DNA of 42,201 nt from Puia sp. Lineage in GTDB: Bacteria > Bacteroidota > Bacteroidia > Chitinophagales > Chitinophagaceae. The number at the start of each line of letters is the position of its first letter. Position 1 is the first letter of the stretch. The notes below the pieces were generated by a model. The model was not told the origin of the DNA. It made no database searches and was given only the letters and a program-made list of their open reading frames with translations. The stretch lies in assembly GCA_035570015.1 (NCBI GenBank), contig DATMLR010000332.1, forward strand, positions 1-42,201. The letters are read 5' to 3'. Shown here piece after piece: positions 1-8,988 of this stretch. The position numbers were made by a program, and so were the translations under genes.

Positions 1-1
1 T

Positions 2-784
2 TTCTCGGGTTATGTACTGATTGCGATCCTGTTCCTCCTGTTTTCCGCCCGCCTGCCTGGCCCCGCCCCCGCGCGCTATTCCCGGATTGCCCTGATCCTC
101 TTTTTTTCCGGGATGATGATCCTACTTTCTTCCCGCCTGCTGCTTTTGCTGCTGGGTATCGTCTTTATTGTCTTCCTGATTGGCCGCCGATTTTCAGGGA
201 TGAAAAGGGCTACCAGGTATTCCTTTGCCTTACTGATCGCGCTGGGGCTCGGGACGCTTGCTTTTACGAATAACCCATTCAGCCGGCGTTATCAGGAATT
301 GAGCCCCGGTCGGGTATCGGGTAGCATCCATTCGGCTGCAATCTCCGACGCCAGCGCTAACGGAATTTCACTTCGGTTATTCATGTGGCGGGCGGCATTT
401 CAAATCCTGAACGAGCGCCACGCCTGGGTCTTCGGTGTGACAGGCGGCGACAGCCAGGCCCGGCTCGATCAGAAATACCTGGATGCCGGGCTGTACCAGG
501 GCTATCTCCGCTACAATTTTCACAACGAATACATAGAAGTGCTGGTGCATTCGGGCCTCGTCGGCTGGACCCTTTTTATGCTCGCGATTGCGGCGTTGAT
601 CTGGATGACCCGCGTGACGGGCACTTTGCCGGCGGTGTTCACCACCGGACTGATCCTGCTGCTTTGTTCCACCGAATCGGCCCTCGAGATGCAGCATGGC
701 ATCTTCCTCAGTTGTTTCTTTCCCCTGCTGCATTATTGCAGCCGGCCTTCACCAGTTGGCACGGTCACAGGTTCGACACCGTAA
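2..784 (+). CDS. O-antigen ligase (Wzy_C/WaaL-like) family membrane protein, 5'-truncated by the window edge
   Basis: Frame is open from position 2. Multiple TM segments. Motifs 'SLRLFMWRAA...WVFGVTGGD' and 'YNFHNEYIEVLVHSGLVG' match the HN-x-Y/F-x-E...G-x-x-G signature of O-antigen ligases. Confidence 0.8.
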   Translation, partial: FSGYVLIAILFLLFSARLPGPAPARYSRIALILFFSGMMILLSSRLLLLLLGIVFIVFLIGRRFSGMKRATRYSFALLIALGLGTLAFTNNPFSRRYQELSPGRVSGSIHSAAISDASANGISLRLFMWRAAFQILNERHAWVFGVTGGDSQARLDQKYLDAGLYQGYLRYNFHNEYIEVLVHSGLVGWTLFMLAIAALIWMTRVTGTLPAVFTTGLILLLCSTESALEMQHGIFLSCFFPLLHYCSRPSPVGTVTGSTP

Positions 785-1907
785 TCATCTTCGGGTCGGT
801 CACCACGATTTCGGGTTTGTCCCGATAGCTGACGATCATCCCGGTCACACAGATATTCTTTCCTTCAAGACCCGCGCCGATATCCCTGGCGGCATCACGA
901 AGCACGATCGTCAGCGGCTGATTGGGATAAGCCGCGCCGAGATTGACCAGGGTCAGTTTGTCAAGCGCCTTGATTCCGTATACCTTTGCGCAGACATTTA
1001 CATTTTCGTTGTAATGCTGCGCCGCGTCCTGCACGCCGATCGTCCTGGGCGCGGAGGCCGGGGTATTTGTCACGGGCGCGGGAGCGAGGGCGTTCGTCAC
1101 CGGCGCAGCTGCCGCACTGGCGGCCAGTCCGTTTTGGAAGATCGAATTGAGCACACCGGCCAGCCGGATGCCCGCCTTGTCAATCCGGTCCTGCACGATC
1201 GCGATATGGGCCTCGTAGTAACTGTCGTCGATAGCGCGGCTCTTCATCGCATCGACCTCCGCATACAATTTGGAACTGGCCTGATAGCTTTCCCAAATCC
1301 ATTGGATCAGCGGGTCGCTTTGCCATTGTTTGACCTGTGCGGGTGTCGCGCGGTCATATTTCTCCGCCATCTGCTCGTAGGTAAGCCCCTGGTGATCGAT
1401 CAGCTTGCTGTCCCAGAGCGCGTGCAGATTGGTGCCGTTCCCGTCATAATTCAACTGGATCGTATTGCCGCCCTTGTCCTCTTCGCGGCTGACGTGCATC
1501 GGTTGATGAAGATCACCGACAAAATGCACGATATATTTCAACGCTTCGACCTTTTGGAACCGGGTAGTGGCTGCGCTCCCCAGGATTTGCTCCTGCTGCC
1601 GAAGCGCGCTGTAAACATTCGCCTGGCTCATGCCTTTCACGGTCGTCTCGAAATCGGCGAAGCTGAGACCCAGCGGCAGGTTAATATAATGCCAGGGAGC
1701 GGTATTCCGATAAGCCGGCTGGCTGCGGACCTCATCGGGCCAGGTACTGATCTCGGCAAGGGTCGTGTCGCCGATCAATTCGTGAACGGCGGCTTTTGCC
1801 GGGGATGTCAGGTGCCCTTCGGCGATCTTACCGATGGCACGGTGGCCGGTTACGCCCCAGGAAAGAAGGGCCGCGGCGAGGACAAGTATAAGGAGTGATT
1901 TAGCCAT
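765..1907 (-). CDS. Secreted S1/P1 nuclease with a C-terminal OB-fold-like domain
   Basis: Signal peptide then W-G-V-T-G-H (Zn-binding N-terminal Trp), 'WPDEVR', 'WHYIN', 'HFVGDLHQPMH', 'NLHALWD'. An Ala/Pro/Thr linker leads to an ~90-aa beta-rich domain. ATG 1907 chosen because it lies next to the upstream stop codon. Confidence 0.9.
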   Translation of the reverse strand: MAKSLLILVLAAALLSWGVTGHRAIGKIAEGHLTSPAKAAVHELIGDTTLAEISTWPDEVRSQPAYRNTAPWHYINLPLGLSFADFETTVKGMSQANVYSALRQQEQILGSAATTRFQKVEALKYIVHFVGDLHQPMHVSREEDKGGNTIQLNYDGNGTNLHALWDSKLIDHQGLTYEQMAEKYDRATPAQVKQWQSDPLIQWIWESYQASSKLYAEVDAMKSRAIDDSYYEAHIAIVQDRIDKAGIRLAGVLNSIFQNGLAASAAAAPVTNALAPAPVTNTPASAPRTIGVQDAAQHYNENVNVCAKVYGIKALDKLTLVNLGAAYPNQPLTIVLRDAARDIGAGLEGKNICVTGMIVSYRDKPEIVVTDPKMITVSNL

Positions 1908-1908
1908 T

Positions 1909-2433
1909 TTATTTTTCACACATTTGTTTGAGCTTGTTCAACCCCTTTCCAAAGTCCCGGTCCATGGCCTTCTTCATGACGCCAAATAATTTCATGATAT
2001 TCATCGGGTAGGGAGTCGAGCTTTCGATCCCCCAGATGGCCCGGGTTGACCCGCGCTCTTCTTCCAGCCGGATATAGGCCTCCGCCAGGGCCTTGAAGGG
2101 GCGTAGGAATTCGATCCGCGTGGTTACTTCGGTGGGCGCGGTGACTCCGACGATCGTCTGGCGGCCGGCGCCGACGTTTTTCTCCTTACTGTCCCAGGAG
2201 TACGTGGCCCCGGGTGTGCCATCGACTCCGGAGATTGACTGAGTGATTGCCGGATCACGGTCCAGCCAGGGATTCCAGGTGTTGATCGCGCCGAGCGAGT
2301 TGACATGGCCCCAGACATTGGATCGGGGCGACTGGATAAGAATGTTCTTTTCAAAGCTCCATCCCCTTCCCACGAATGCAGCCACCACCAGAAAGAGCAC
2401 GATAAGACCTAGAATGATGTAAAGGACTATCAT
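1909..2433 (-). CDS. SRPBCC/polyketide cyclase-like (START superfamily) protein with N-terminal membrane anchor
   Basis: N-terminal TM; 'WNPW...DP...G.DG.PGA.YSW.S..KNVGAG.QTI', 'IEFLRPF', 'DFGKGLNKLK' are typical of Bacteroidota SRPBCC proteins. Confidence 0.85.
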   Translation of the reverse strand: MIVLYIILGLIVLFLVVAAFVGRGWSFEKNILIQSPRSNVWGHVNSLGAINTWNPWLDRDPAITQSISGVDGTPGATYSWDSKEKNVGAGRQTIVGVTAPTEVTTRIEFLRPFKALAEAYIRLEEERGSTRAIWGIESSTPYPMNIMKLFGVMKKAMDRDFGKGLNKLKQMCEK

Positions 2434-2532
2434 ATAACTGCTTTTTTGGTTGGCATAAATATAATTTTATTTTGCCTTTTTTCCAGTTTCCCGGCGGATT
2501 CCGTTCGTACCTTTGGTAAAACCGCCTTCATT

Positions 2533-3306
2533 ATGAAAAATCCCCTCAGAATAGCCGTTCTGCTGGGCGGCTTCATTATAGCCTTTTTGGCTGCCCGGGC
2601 CTTCCTCCGTTCAGCCCCGTCCTCCATCCTGACCGGCCCCGCCAAAGGATTTGCCGTCGTCGAGCTCTTCACTTCCGAAGGTTGTTCCAGCTGCCCGCCG
2701 GCCGATCAGCTCGTCGCCCGGATTCAGAAGGAAGACCAGGACCAGCCCGTCTATATCCTCGCGTTCCACGTCGACTACTGGGACCGGCTGGGCTGGAAAG
2801 ACGCCTTCAGCGACAAAAGGTATACCCAACGTCAGAACCTCTATGCTTCCTGGCTTAACCTCCAGTCGATATACACGCCGCAGATCGTCGTCAATGGCCG
2901 GAAGGAATTCGTCGGGTCGCAGGAGAACACGCTGCGCAACGCCATCCAAAGTGGTCTCGATCAAGCGCCGGGCGCTCAGCTGACTCTGAGCGACGTACGG
3001 CTCGACCAGGGGAAAGTGAGTTGGCACTTCCATGTACAAAACGCCGCCGCCAAAAGCTCGCTGATCGTAGCGCTGGTTCAACGGTCAGCCACGAGCGCTG
3101 TAAAGGCAGGGGAAAACAGCGGACTCACCTTATCGCATGTTCAGATCGTCCGGAACCTTTCCGGGACCGAAATCGGCACCGGCGCGAACGGCTCGGCAGC
3201 GTTGGCCCTTCCGCAGGGTACTACAGGTAGGGAAGAATTGATCGCCTTTGTACAGAACGACGATACCGGGCAGATTGTCGCCGCTACCAGTACGGCGCTT
3301 CCGTAA
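2533..3306 (+). CDS. DUF1223 thioredoxin-like secreted protein
   Basis: 'VVELFTSEGCSSCPPAD', 'LAFHVDYWDRLGWKDAFS', 'YTPQIVVNG', 'GENSG.TL.H'. Start placed at ATG 2533, ahead of the signal peptide. Confidence 0.9.
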   Translation: MKNPLRIAVLLGGFIIAFLAARAFLRSAPSSILTGPAKGFAVVELFTSEGCSSCPPADQLVARIQKEDQDQPVYILAFHVDYWDRLGWKDAFSDKRYTQRQNLYASWLNLQSIYTPQIVVNGRKEFVGSQENTLRNAIQSGLDQAPGAQLTLSDVRLDQGKVSWHFHVQNAAAKSSLIVALVQRSATSAVKAGENSGLTLSHVQIVRNLSGTEIGTGANGSAALALPQGTTGREELIAFVQNDDTGQIVAATSTALP

Positions 3307-3340
3307 AGTTCCCCTATCTTTAGCCGACAAAGTATCTGCT

Positions 3341-4186
3341 ATGCGGGCCCGATCGATCCTCGTTCTTCTCATCCTGGGCTGTTGCGCCTGCCGCCAGACC
3401 CAGTCCTCCAACCCGGTGGTCTATGGCGACAACGCCGCCGCCGGTCATTATCTGAATACCAGGGGTATCCGTCTCTATTATGAGACTTACGGCGAAGGCG
3501 CACCGCTCCTGATGCTGCACATCAACGACGGCTCCATCAACAAATTTTCCAACCAGATCCCCTATTTTGCCACGCGCTATCATGTCATTGCGGTAGACAC
3601 GCGCGCCCACGGCAAGTCGGTGGACCCGGGCGATTCCCTGTCCTTCGAACAAATGGCCGATGATTTCAACGCCTTGCTGGATAGCCTGCACCTCGACAGC
3701 TGCTATGTCATCGGCTGGAGCGACGGCGGCATCAGCGGCCTCCAGCTCGCCATCCGCCATCCGGAGAAAGTAAAGAAACTCGTGGTTAGCGGCCCCAACA
3801 TTTTTCCCGATACGACCGGGCTTGTTCCTTTCATTTATCACTATCTGGAAAGGCTGGCCGATACGTTGAAACAGAAGCCGCAAACACCGGAAGTAAAGAA
3901 CCAGCTGAAGATCATCGAGCTCGACCTGAAGGAGCCGCATAATATGACGCTTGAACAATTGCAGGGGATCCATTGTCCCACGCTGGTGATGGGCGGCGAT
4001 CATGATGGCATCCCCACTTATCATCTATGGCTGATCTCTCAGCATATACCCCGGTCCTATCTCTGGATCGTCCCCAACTCGGGCCATTCTGTTGCGATCT
4101 TTTATAAGGACCAGTTCAACAAGGTGGTCGGCGATTTTCTGGAGCAGCCTTACCGAAGGATCGAAGGACTGGACGTACTGAATTAA
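3341..4186 (+). CDS. Alpha/beta hydrolase fold lipoprotein
   Basis: Lipobox-like 'LILGCCAC', nucleophile elbow GWSDGG, 'DTRAHGKS', acid 'GDHD', His 'SGHS'. Start placed at ATG 3341. Confidence 0.9.
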   Translation: MRARSILVLLILGCCACRQTQSSNPVVYGDNAAAGHYLNTRGIRLYYETYGEGAPLLMLHINDGSINKFSNQIPYFATRYHVIAVDTRAHGKSVDPGDSLSFEQMADDFNALLDSLHLDSCYVIGWSDGGISGLQLAIRHPEKVKKLVVSGPNIFPDTTGLVPFIYHYLERLADTLKQKPQTPEVKNQLKIIELDLKEPHNMTLEQLQGIHCPTLVMGGDHDGIPTYHLWLISQHIPRSYLWIVPNSGHSVAIFYKDQFNKVVGDFLEQPYRRIEGLDVLN

Positions 4187-4188
4187 GG

Positions 4189-5814
4189 TCAGACGCTTTT
4201 CATCGGCCCGTCGGCAAAACCCGGCGCCACGCGTTTCTTCGACGCCTGTTCATACCCATAGGCAATCCCGAGCAGCTGCGGCTCCGTATACGCACCGCCG
4301 ACAAACGAGATGCCGACGGGCAATTCCATTACTGTTCCCATCGGTACGGTGATATGCGGATACCCGGCCATCGCTGCCGGGCCCGAGAAACCCGGGCCGG
4401 TGCGGTAGTCGCCGCTGATCAGATCGATACAGCAGGCGACGCCATTGGTCGTACCGCAGATTGCGTCGAGTTGGTTAACGCGCAGGAGGTCGTCGATCAC
4501 CGTCCGCGCCGTCAGCAGCTTCTTTAGCGCTTCGGTATATTCTGCACTATCCAGGCCGCCCCGGGCATCGCTCCGTTCCAGCGTCTCCTGTTTGAAGTAG
4601 GGCATCGCCTTTCCCGCATTTTGCCGGTTAAAAGCGATCACGTCGGTGAGCGACCGGACCCGCGCATCGGCGGCTGTGGCCAGGTATTTGTTCAAGCCGT
4701 CCTTGAATTCATATTGCAGAATCGTGCCTTCGACCGAGCCTGCATCGCTCAGTTGCTTTTGGAGCTCGACCTCCACGATGGTTGCACCTTGCGCTTTCAG
4801 CAGCGTCAAGGCATCCTGGAACAAGGCCAGCACGCCTTCGTGACCGTTAGCCAGGAAGGATTTTTCGACGCCGATCCGTTTTCCTTTCAACGCGCCGGGG
4901 TCCAGGAAGGAAGTATAGTCGGAATGGGTCTTGTCCTTGCTTTCGGCCGTGACCGAATCATCCGGATCGACACCCGCGAGTGCACCCAGGAGGAGCGCGG
5001 CGTCTTTCACCGTCCGGGCCATCGGGCCGGCCGTATCCTGCGTCGCAGAGATGGGGATGATACCGCTGCGGCTGAGCAGTCCTACCGTCGGCTTGATCCC
5101 GACGATCCCGTTGCAGGAGGAAGGGGATACGACGGACCCGTTGGTCTCGGTGCCGATGGCGACCGCGCAAAGATTGGCGGAGACCGCCGAGCCTGAACCG
5201 GCGCTGCTGCCGGAAGGATTGCGGGCCAGCAGGTAAGGGTTCTTTGTCTGACCGCCGCGGCTGCTCCAGCCGCTGGTGCTGCGTGTAGAACGGAAGTTCG
5301 CCCACTCGCTGAGATTGGTCTTGCCGAGCAAGACCGCACCGGCTGCCCGGAGCTGACCAACGATGAAAGCGTCTTTTGCGGCATGATGCCCTTCCAGCGC
5401 CAGCGATCCCGCCGTCGTCATCATCTTGTCCCCCGAATTGATGTTGTCCTTGATCAGCACGGGTATTCCGTGGAGGGGACCGCGAACCTTGCCGGTTTTC
5501 CGTTCGGCGTCCATGGCCGCCGCGATCGTCAGGGCATCGGGGTTGATCTCGAGAACAGCGTTGAGCGCAGGACCTTTCTTGTCGATAGCATCGATCCGCT
5601 TCAGATAAAGTTTTGTGATCGACACCGAGCTGTATTCACCGCTGGCCATCTTGGCCTGTAGCTGGTCGATCGTGGTCTCCAGCAGGGGGAAATCGCCATC
5701 GGGAATGCCTTCAGCCACCCGGCGGGTAGCAGGGGAAAAAAATGATTCCAGGCTTAAAGCGGAAAAGCTAAAGCCGGTCAGCGAGCCGGCCCGAAGAAAA
5801 TTACGGCGGTTCAT
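4189..5814 (-). CDS. Amidase signature (AS) family enzyme, Tat-exported
   Basis: Tat motif 'MNRRNFL'; 'GPLHGIPVLIKDNI', 'GKTNLSEWANFRS', 'PSGSSAGS', 'GTETNGS' give the Lys-Ser-Ser triad. Confidence 0.93.
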   Translation of the reverse strand: MNRRNFLRAGSLTGFSFSALSLESFFSPATRRVAEGIPDGDFPLLETTIDQLQAKMASGEYSSVSITKLYLKRIDAIDKKGPALNAVLEINPDALTIAAAMDAERKTGKVRGPLHGIPVLIKDNINSGDKMMTTAGSLALEGHHAAKDAFIVGQLRAAGAVLLGKTNLSEWANFRSTRSTSGWSSRGGQTKNPYLLARNPSGSSAGSGSAVSANLCAVAIGTETNGSVVSPSSCNGIVGIKPTVGLLSRSGIIPISATQDTAGPMARTVKDAALLLGALAGVDPDDSVTAESKDKTHSDYTSFLDPGALKGKRIGVEKSFLANGHEGVLALFQDALTLLKAQGATIVEVELQKQLSDAGSVEGTILQYEFKDGLNKYLATAADARVRSLTDVIAFNRQNAGKAMPYFKQETLERSDARGGLDSAEYTEALKKLLTARTVIDDLLRVNQLDAICGTTNGVACCIDLISGDYRTGPGFSGPAAMAGYPHITVPMGTVMELPVGISFVGGAYTEPQLLGIAYGYEQASKKRVAPGFADGPMKSV

Positions 5815-5952
5815 AAGCAGTGTATTTTACGTGTGATGCCGACGAATGTAGGACAAAAACGGGTGCAGACCGAACACAAGTGTATTAATTCCGTACACCG
5901 ACCCACTTCATTAGAAATTGTCAACTTATTCATTTATAATTGTATACAAAAG

Positions 5953-5967
5953 TGGCATCCTACTAGC
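5953..5967 (+). promoter_or_regulatory. Putative sigma-54 (-24/-12) promoter of the ABC permease gene
   Basis: TGGCATCCTACTAGC has GG-N10-GC spacing, 26 bp before the ATG. It is preceded by an AT-rich stretch and by TGT...ACA-like sites at 5861-5898. Confidence 0.55.
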
Positions 5968-5993
5968 CGCTCCATTGTCAAAATTTCAACTCC

Positions 5994-8399
5994 ATGCCGT
6001 TTACTAATCTCCGGCTTTCGCTGCGCAGTCTTTTAAGACATAAGATCTTCGCGGGGATAAATATATTGGGCCTCGCGATCGGGATTAGCACGGCGCTCGT
6101 CATTTACCTGATCGTCCAGTATGACTATAGCTTTGATCGGTTCGAACCAGACCGGGCGCGGGTCTACCGGCTGGTGACGCATGGTGACGGGTTTGACAAC
6201 GCCGGGCTGCCGGTGCCGGTGCCAAGGGCTTTAGGGAGTGTGACCGGCATCGAACGATCTGCGTTTCTGATGGGAGTGATCTATTTTGGTACAAAGATCA
6301 CCATTCCGCAAGGCAATGGAAAGGAACCCGTGGTATTCAAAAAGCAGGACAGGCTCGTCTACACCGATGGAAATTATTTTTCCATTTTTCCCCGTGAATG
6401 GCTGGCCGGCGGCCCCGCCGTTTCCTTGAAGGACCCGCACCAACTGGTGTTGAGTGAATCCCTGGTACACCGATATTTTCCCAGCCTGTCCGGCAATGAG
6501 GCGCTGGGAAAGGTTGTCATCGTGAATGATTCCATCAACATGGTCGTCTCGGGCATCGTCAAAGACCTGAAGGCCAGCACAGACTTCGATCATGCCGCTT
6601 TTCTCTCGCTCGCGACGATCGCTACATCAAAAGGCCTTCAAGATCAATATCAATGGGACGAATGGGGTTCCACGACTTCGGTCAATCAGTTCATGCTGCG
6701 GTTATCCCCGGGTGTTACAGCGACAGCTGTTGAACGGCAGATCAATCAAACCTTAAAAGGGCACAAAGGTCTCGATTCCAAGTTCTCCGCCTCTTTGCAG
6801 CCGCTCAGGGATATTCATTTTAACCTCGGACTGGAGGGGAAAGTAGACAAATCCACGCTGGTCAATTTGACTCTGCTGGCCGTCTTCATCCTGCTGCTGG
6901 GGTCGATCAACTTCATCAATCTATCGACAGCTCAGGCTTCCGAACGGGCAAAAGAGATCGGAATGCGGAAGATCCTGGGCAGCTCCAAAGGTCAGCTTAT
7001 CACCCGGTCTATTAGCGAGACCATGTTATTGACCACGATTGCCACCTTCCTTTCGCTCCTGGTCGCGCCTCTGCTGATCAGGGGCTTCAGCGACTTCATG
7101 CCGGCCGGGCTGGATGCCGGGCGCCTCTGGCAGCCGCAGGTCCTGCTATTTCTGCTGGCCCTCATCGTCGTTATGAGCTTTTTGTCCGGGCTTTATCCGG
7201 CGCTTGTGCTCACGCAGATTAAGCCGCTGTTGATCACCCGGAATACGGCGCTTTCGACGGCAGGGGGCAATCGCCGCGTTTGGCTCCGGAAAACTTTAAC
7301 CGTTAGTCAATTCGTGATCGCCCAGGTCCTGATTATCGGGGTGCTGGTCGTCAACAACCAGATCCGATTTGAGCGCAGCCAGGATATGGGTTTTCGAAAG
7401 GATGCGATCATTAACTTCTATGAGATGGTGGACTTGTTTCATTCGGACGGCAGGAAGCTCGTGCTGCTGAATAAGCTGCGAAGCATCCCGGAGATCCAGA
7501 ACGTCAGCCTCGGTAACTCTGCGCCGGCGATTGGCGGATGGATGACGAGTACGGTGGACTTCAAAGAAGGAAAAAAGGACCAGCACGTGATCGTTGATTT
7601 CCGAAACGGCGACACCAATTACCTTAGTCTTTATCATATACCACTCCTGGCAGGCAGGAACATCCGGCCGGTCGATTCACCCACGGAATTCCTGATCAAT
7701 GAGACGCTCGCCCGCAACCTGGGCTTTCGGAATCCGGGCGATGCCGTGGGGCATCTGCTGACGAACGGGCCTATTGTCGGCGTCATGGCCGATTTTCACC
7801 TGACATCGGTCCACAAGGCGATCCACCCGGCGATCTATACCTATGATTCCAAATACGGCTATGTCTTTCATATAGCCTTATATCCTTCCTCCAATACCTG
7901 GAAGTCGGCGATCGCTAAAATGCAGACAGCCTGGGAGCAGGTATATCCGGAGCAACCCTTTGAGTACAGTTTCCTGGACCAGGATATTGCGAAATTCTAT
8001 GCAGAGGATGAACATCTGTCCCAACTCCTGACCTGGGCCGCCGGCGTATCGATCCTGATCAGTTGTCTGGGTCTGCTGGGCCTCGTCATTTTCACGGCCA
8101 ACCAGCGGACCAAGGAAATCGGGATCCGGAAAGTGCTGGGCGCGAGCGTGGCGCAGATCATCGCCTTATTGTCCAAAGATTTTGTCCGGCTGGTAGCGCT
8201 TGCTTTTCTGATCGCGGTGCCTGTCGCCTGGTACGGGGCGCACCGGTGGCTGCGCGACTTCGCGTATCCTGCCAGGCTGGGTTGGTGGCTGTTTGCGATC
8301 GGCGGGGTGGCGATGCTGGTGATCTCCCTGCTGATCCTGAGTATTCGGGCTGGAAGGGCGGCCCTGGCCAATCCGGTGAATAGTTTGCGCGCTGAATAA
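5994..8399 (+). CDS. ABC transporter permease, duplicated MacB/FtsX type (Bacteroidota ~800 aa class)
   Basis: 'INILGLAIG', 'INFINLSTAQASERAKEIGMRKILG', second half 'QRTKEIGIRKVLGAS', C-terminal 'ANPVNSLRAE'. Confidence 0.93.
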   Translation: MPFTNLRLSLRSLLRHKIFAGINILGLAIGISTALVIYLIVQYDYSFDRFEPDRARVYRLVTHGDGFDNAGLPVPVPRALGSVTGIERSAFLMGVIYFGTKITIPQGNGKEPVVFKKQDRLVYTDGNYFSIFPREWLAGGPAVSLKDPHQLVLSESLVHRYFPSLSGNEALGKVVIVNDSINMVVSGIVKDLKASTDFDHAAFLSLATIATSKGLQDQYQWDEWGSTTSVNQFMLRLSPGVTATAVERQINQTLKGHKGLDSKFSASLQPLRDIHFNLGLEGKVDKSTLVNLTLLAVFILLLGSINFINLSTAQASERAKEIGMRKILGSSKGQLITRSISETMLLTTIATFLSLLVAPLLIRGFSDFMPAGLDAGRLWQPQVLLFLLALIVVMSFLSGLYPALVLTQIKPLLITRNTALSTAGGNRRVWLRKTLTVSQFVIAQVLIIGVLVVNNQIRFERSQDMGFRKDAIINFYEMVDLFHSDGRKLVLLNKLRSIPEIQNVSLGNSAPAIGGWMTSTVDFKEGKKDQHVIVDFRNGDTNYLSLYHIPLLAGRNIRPVDSPTEFLINETLARNLGFRNPGDAVGHLLTNGPIVGVMADFHLTSVHKAIHPAIYTYDSKYGYVFHIALYPSSNTWKSAIAKMQTAWEQVYPEQPFEYSFLDQDIAKFYAEDEHLSQLLTWAAGVSILISCLGLLGLVIFTANQRTKEIGIRKVLGASVAQIIALLSKDFVRLVALAFLIAVPVAWYGAHRWLRDFAYPARLGWWLFAIGGVAMLVISLLILSIRAGRAALANPVNSLRAE

Positions 8400-8579
8400 A
8401 GTAGGACCACCCTACGCCTCCCCCCGCCGCGTCCTGGACGAAGGGGCTGGGAGGAGGGTAGAAATGGAGACGGTCTGCATAGGACGAATCCGATTTCTGA
8501 GGTACGCGGTTGCAGAGGAAAGAACGATCAAAAAGCACCGGCCTCCGGCCGGCTGGGAACGATCAACGACTACTATTGT

Positions 8580-8602
8580 CCGCCCGAGCTTCGCTCGGGC
8601 GG
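8580..8602. terminator. GC-rich hairpin between convergent genes (possible terminator or REP-like element)
   Basis: Perfect 10-bp stem CCGCCCGAGC-ttc-GCTCGGGCGG with no clear U-tract. Confidence 0.4.
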
Positions 8603-8629
8603 GGGGCCTTCCGACGGGCCCTGATATCC

Positions 8630-8983
8630 TTACAAATAGATCCGCAATGTTTTCATCAGCCTCGAAAGCTGAAAGGGCTTTTTCAGGAAGGCCGACTCCC
8701 CATAGGGCCGGTAAAGCTTTGTGGCGTCCGCGTTATGCGAGGTCACGACGATGGGGATATGGATAAATTCTTCCTGTTGTTTGATTTTCCTATAGAGCAG
8801 GAGACCATTCGGGTCGCCGGGCGTAATATCCAGAAAGACAAGGTCGGGCAGGATCGCTTCCAACAGATCGTAGCCTTCCGGATAAGTGGAGGCCAGCGAA
8901 GTTTCGTATCCGCTTCGTTCAAAGACCGACCGCATTGCTGCCAGCCAGTCGAAGTCTTCATCTATGATCAGTATCCTCTTCAT
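8630..8983 (-). CDS. Single-domain response regulator (CheY-like receiver)
   Basis: 'ILIIDED', phosphoacceptor 'PDLVFLDI', 'IPIVVTS', 'FLKKPF'. Confidence 0.88.
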   Translation of the reverse strand: MKRILIIDEDFDWLAAMRSVFERSGYETSLASTYPEGYDLLEAILPDLVFLDITPGDPNGLLLYRKIKQQEEFIHIPIVVTSHNADATKLYRPYGESAFLKKPFQLSRLMKTLRIYL

Positions 8984-8988
8984 TCTGG

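Noticed and set aside
696-1898. 400-aa + strand ORF
   Set aside because: Antisense shadow of the S1/P1 nuclease. No motifs; expected from high-GC codon bias.
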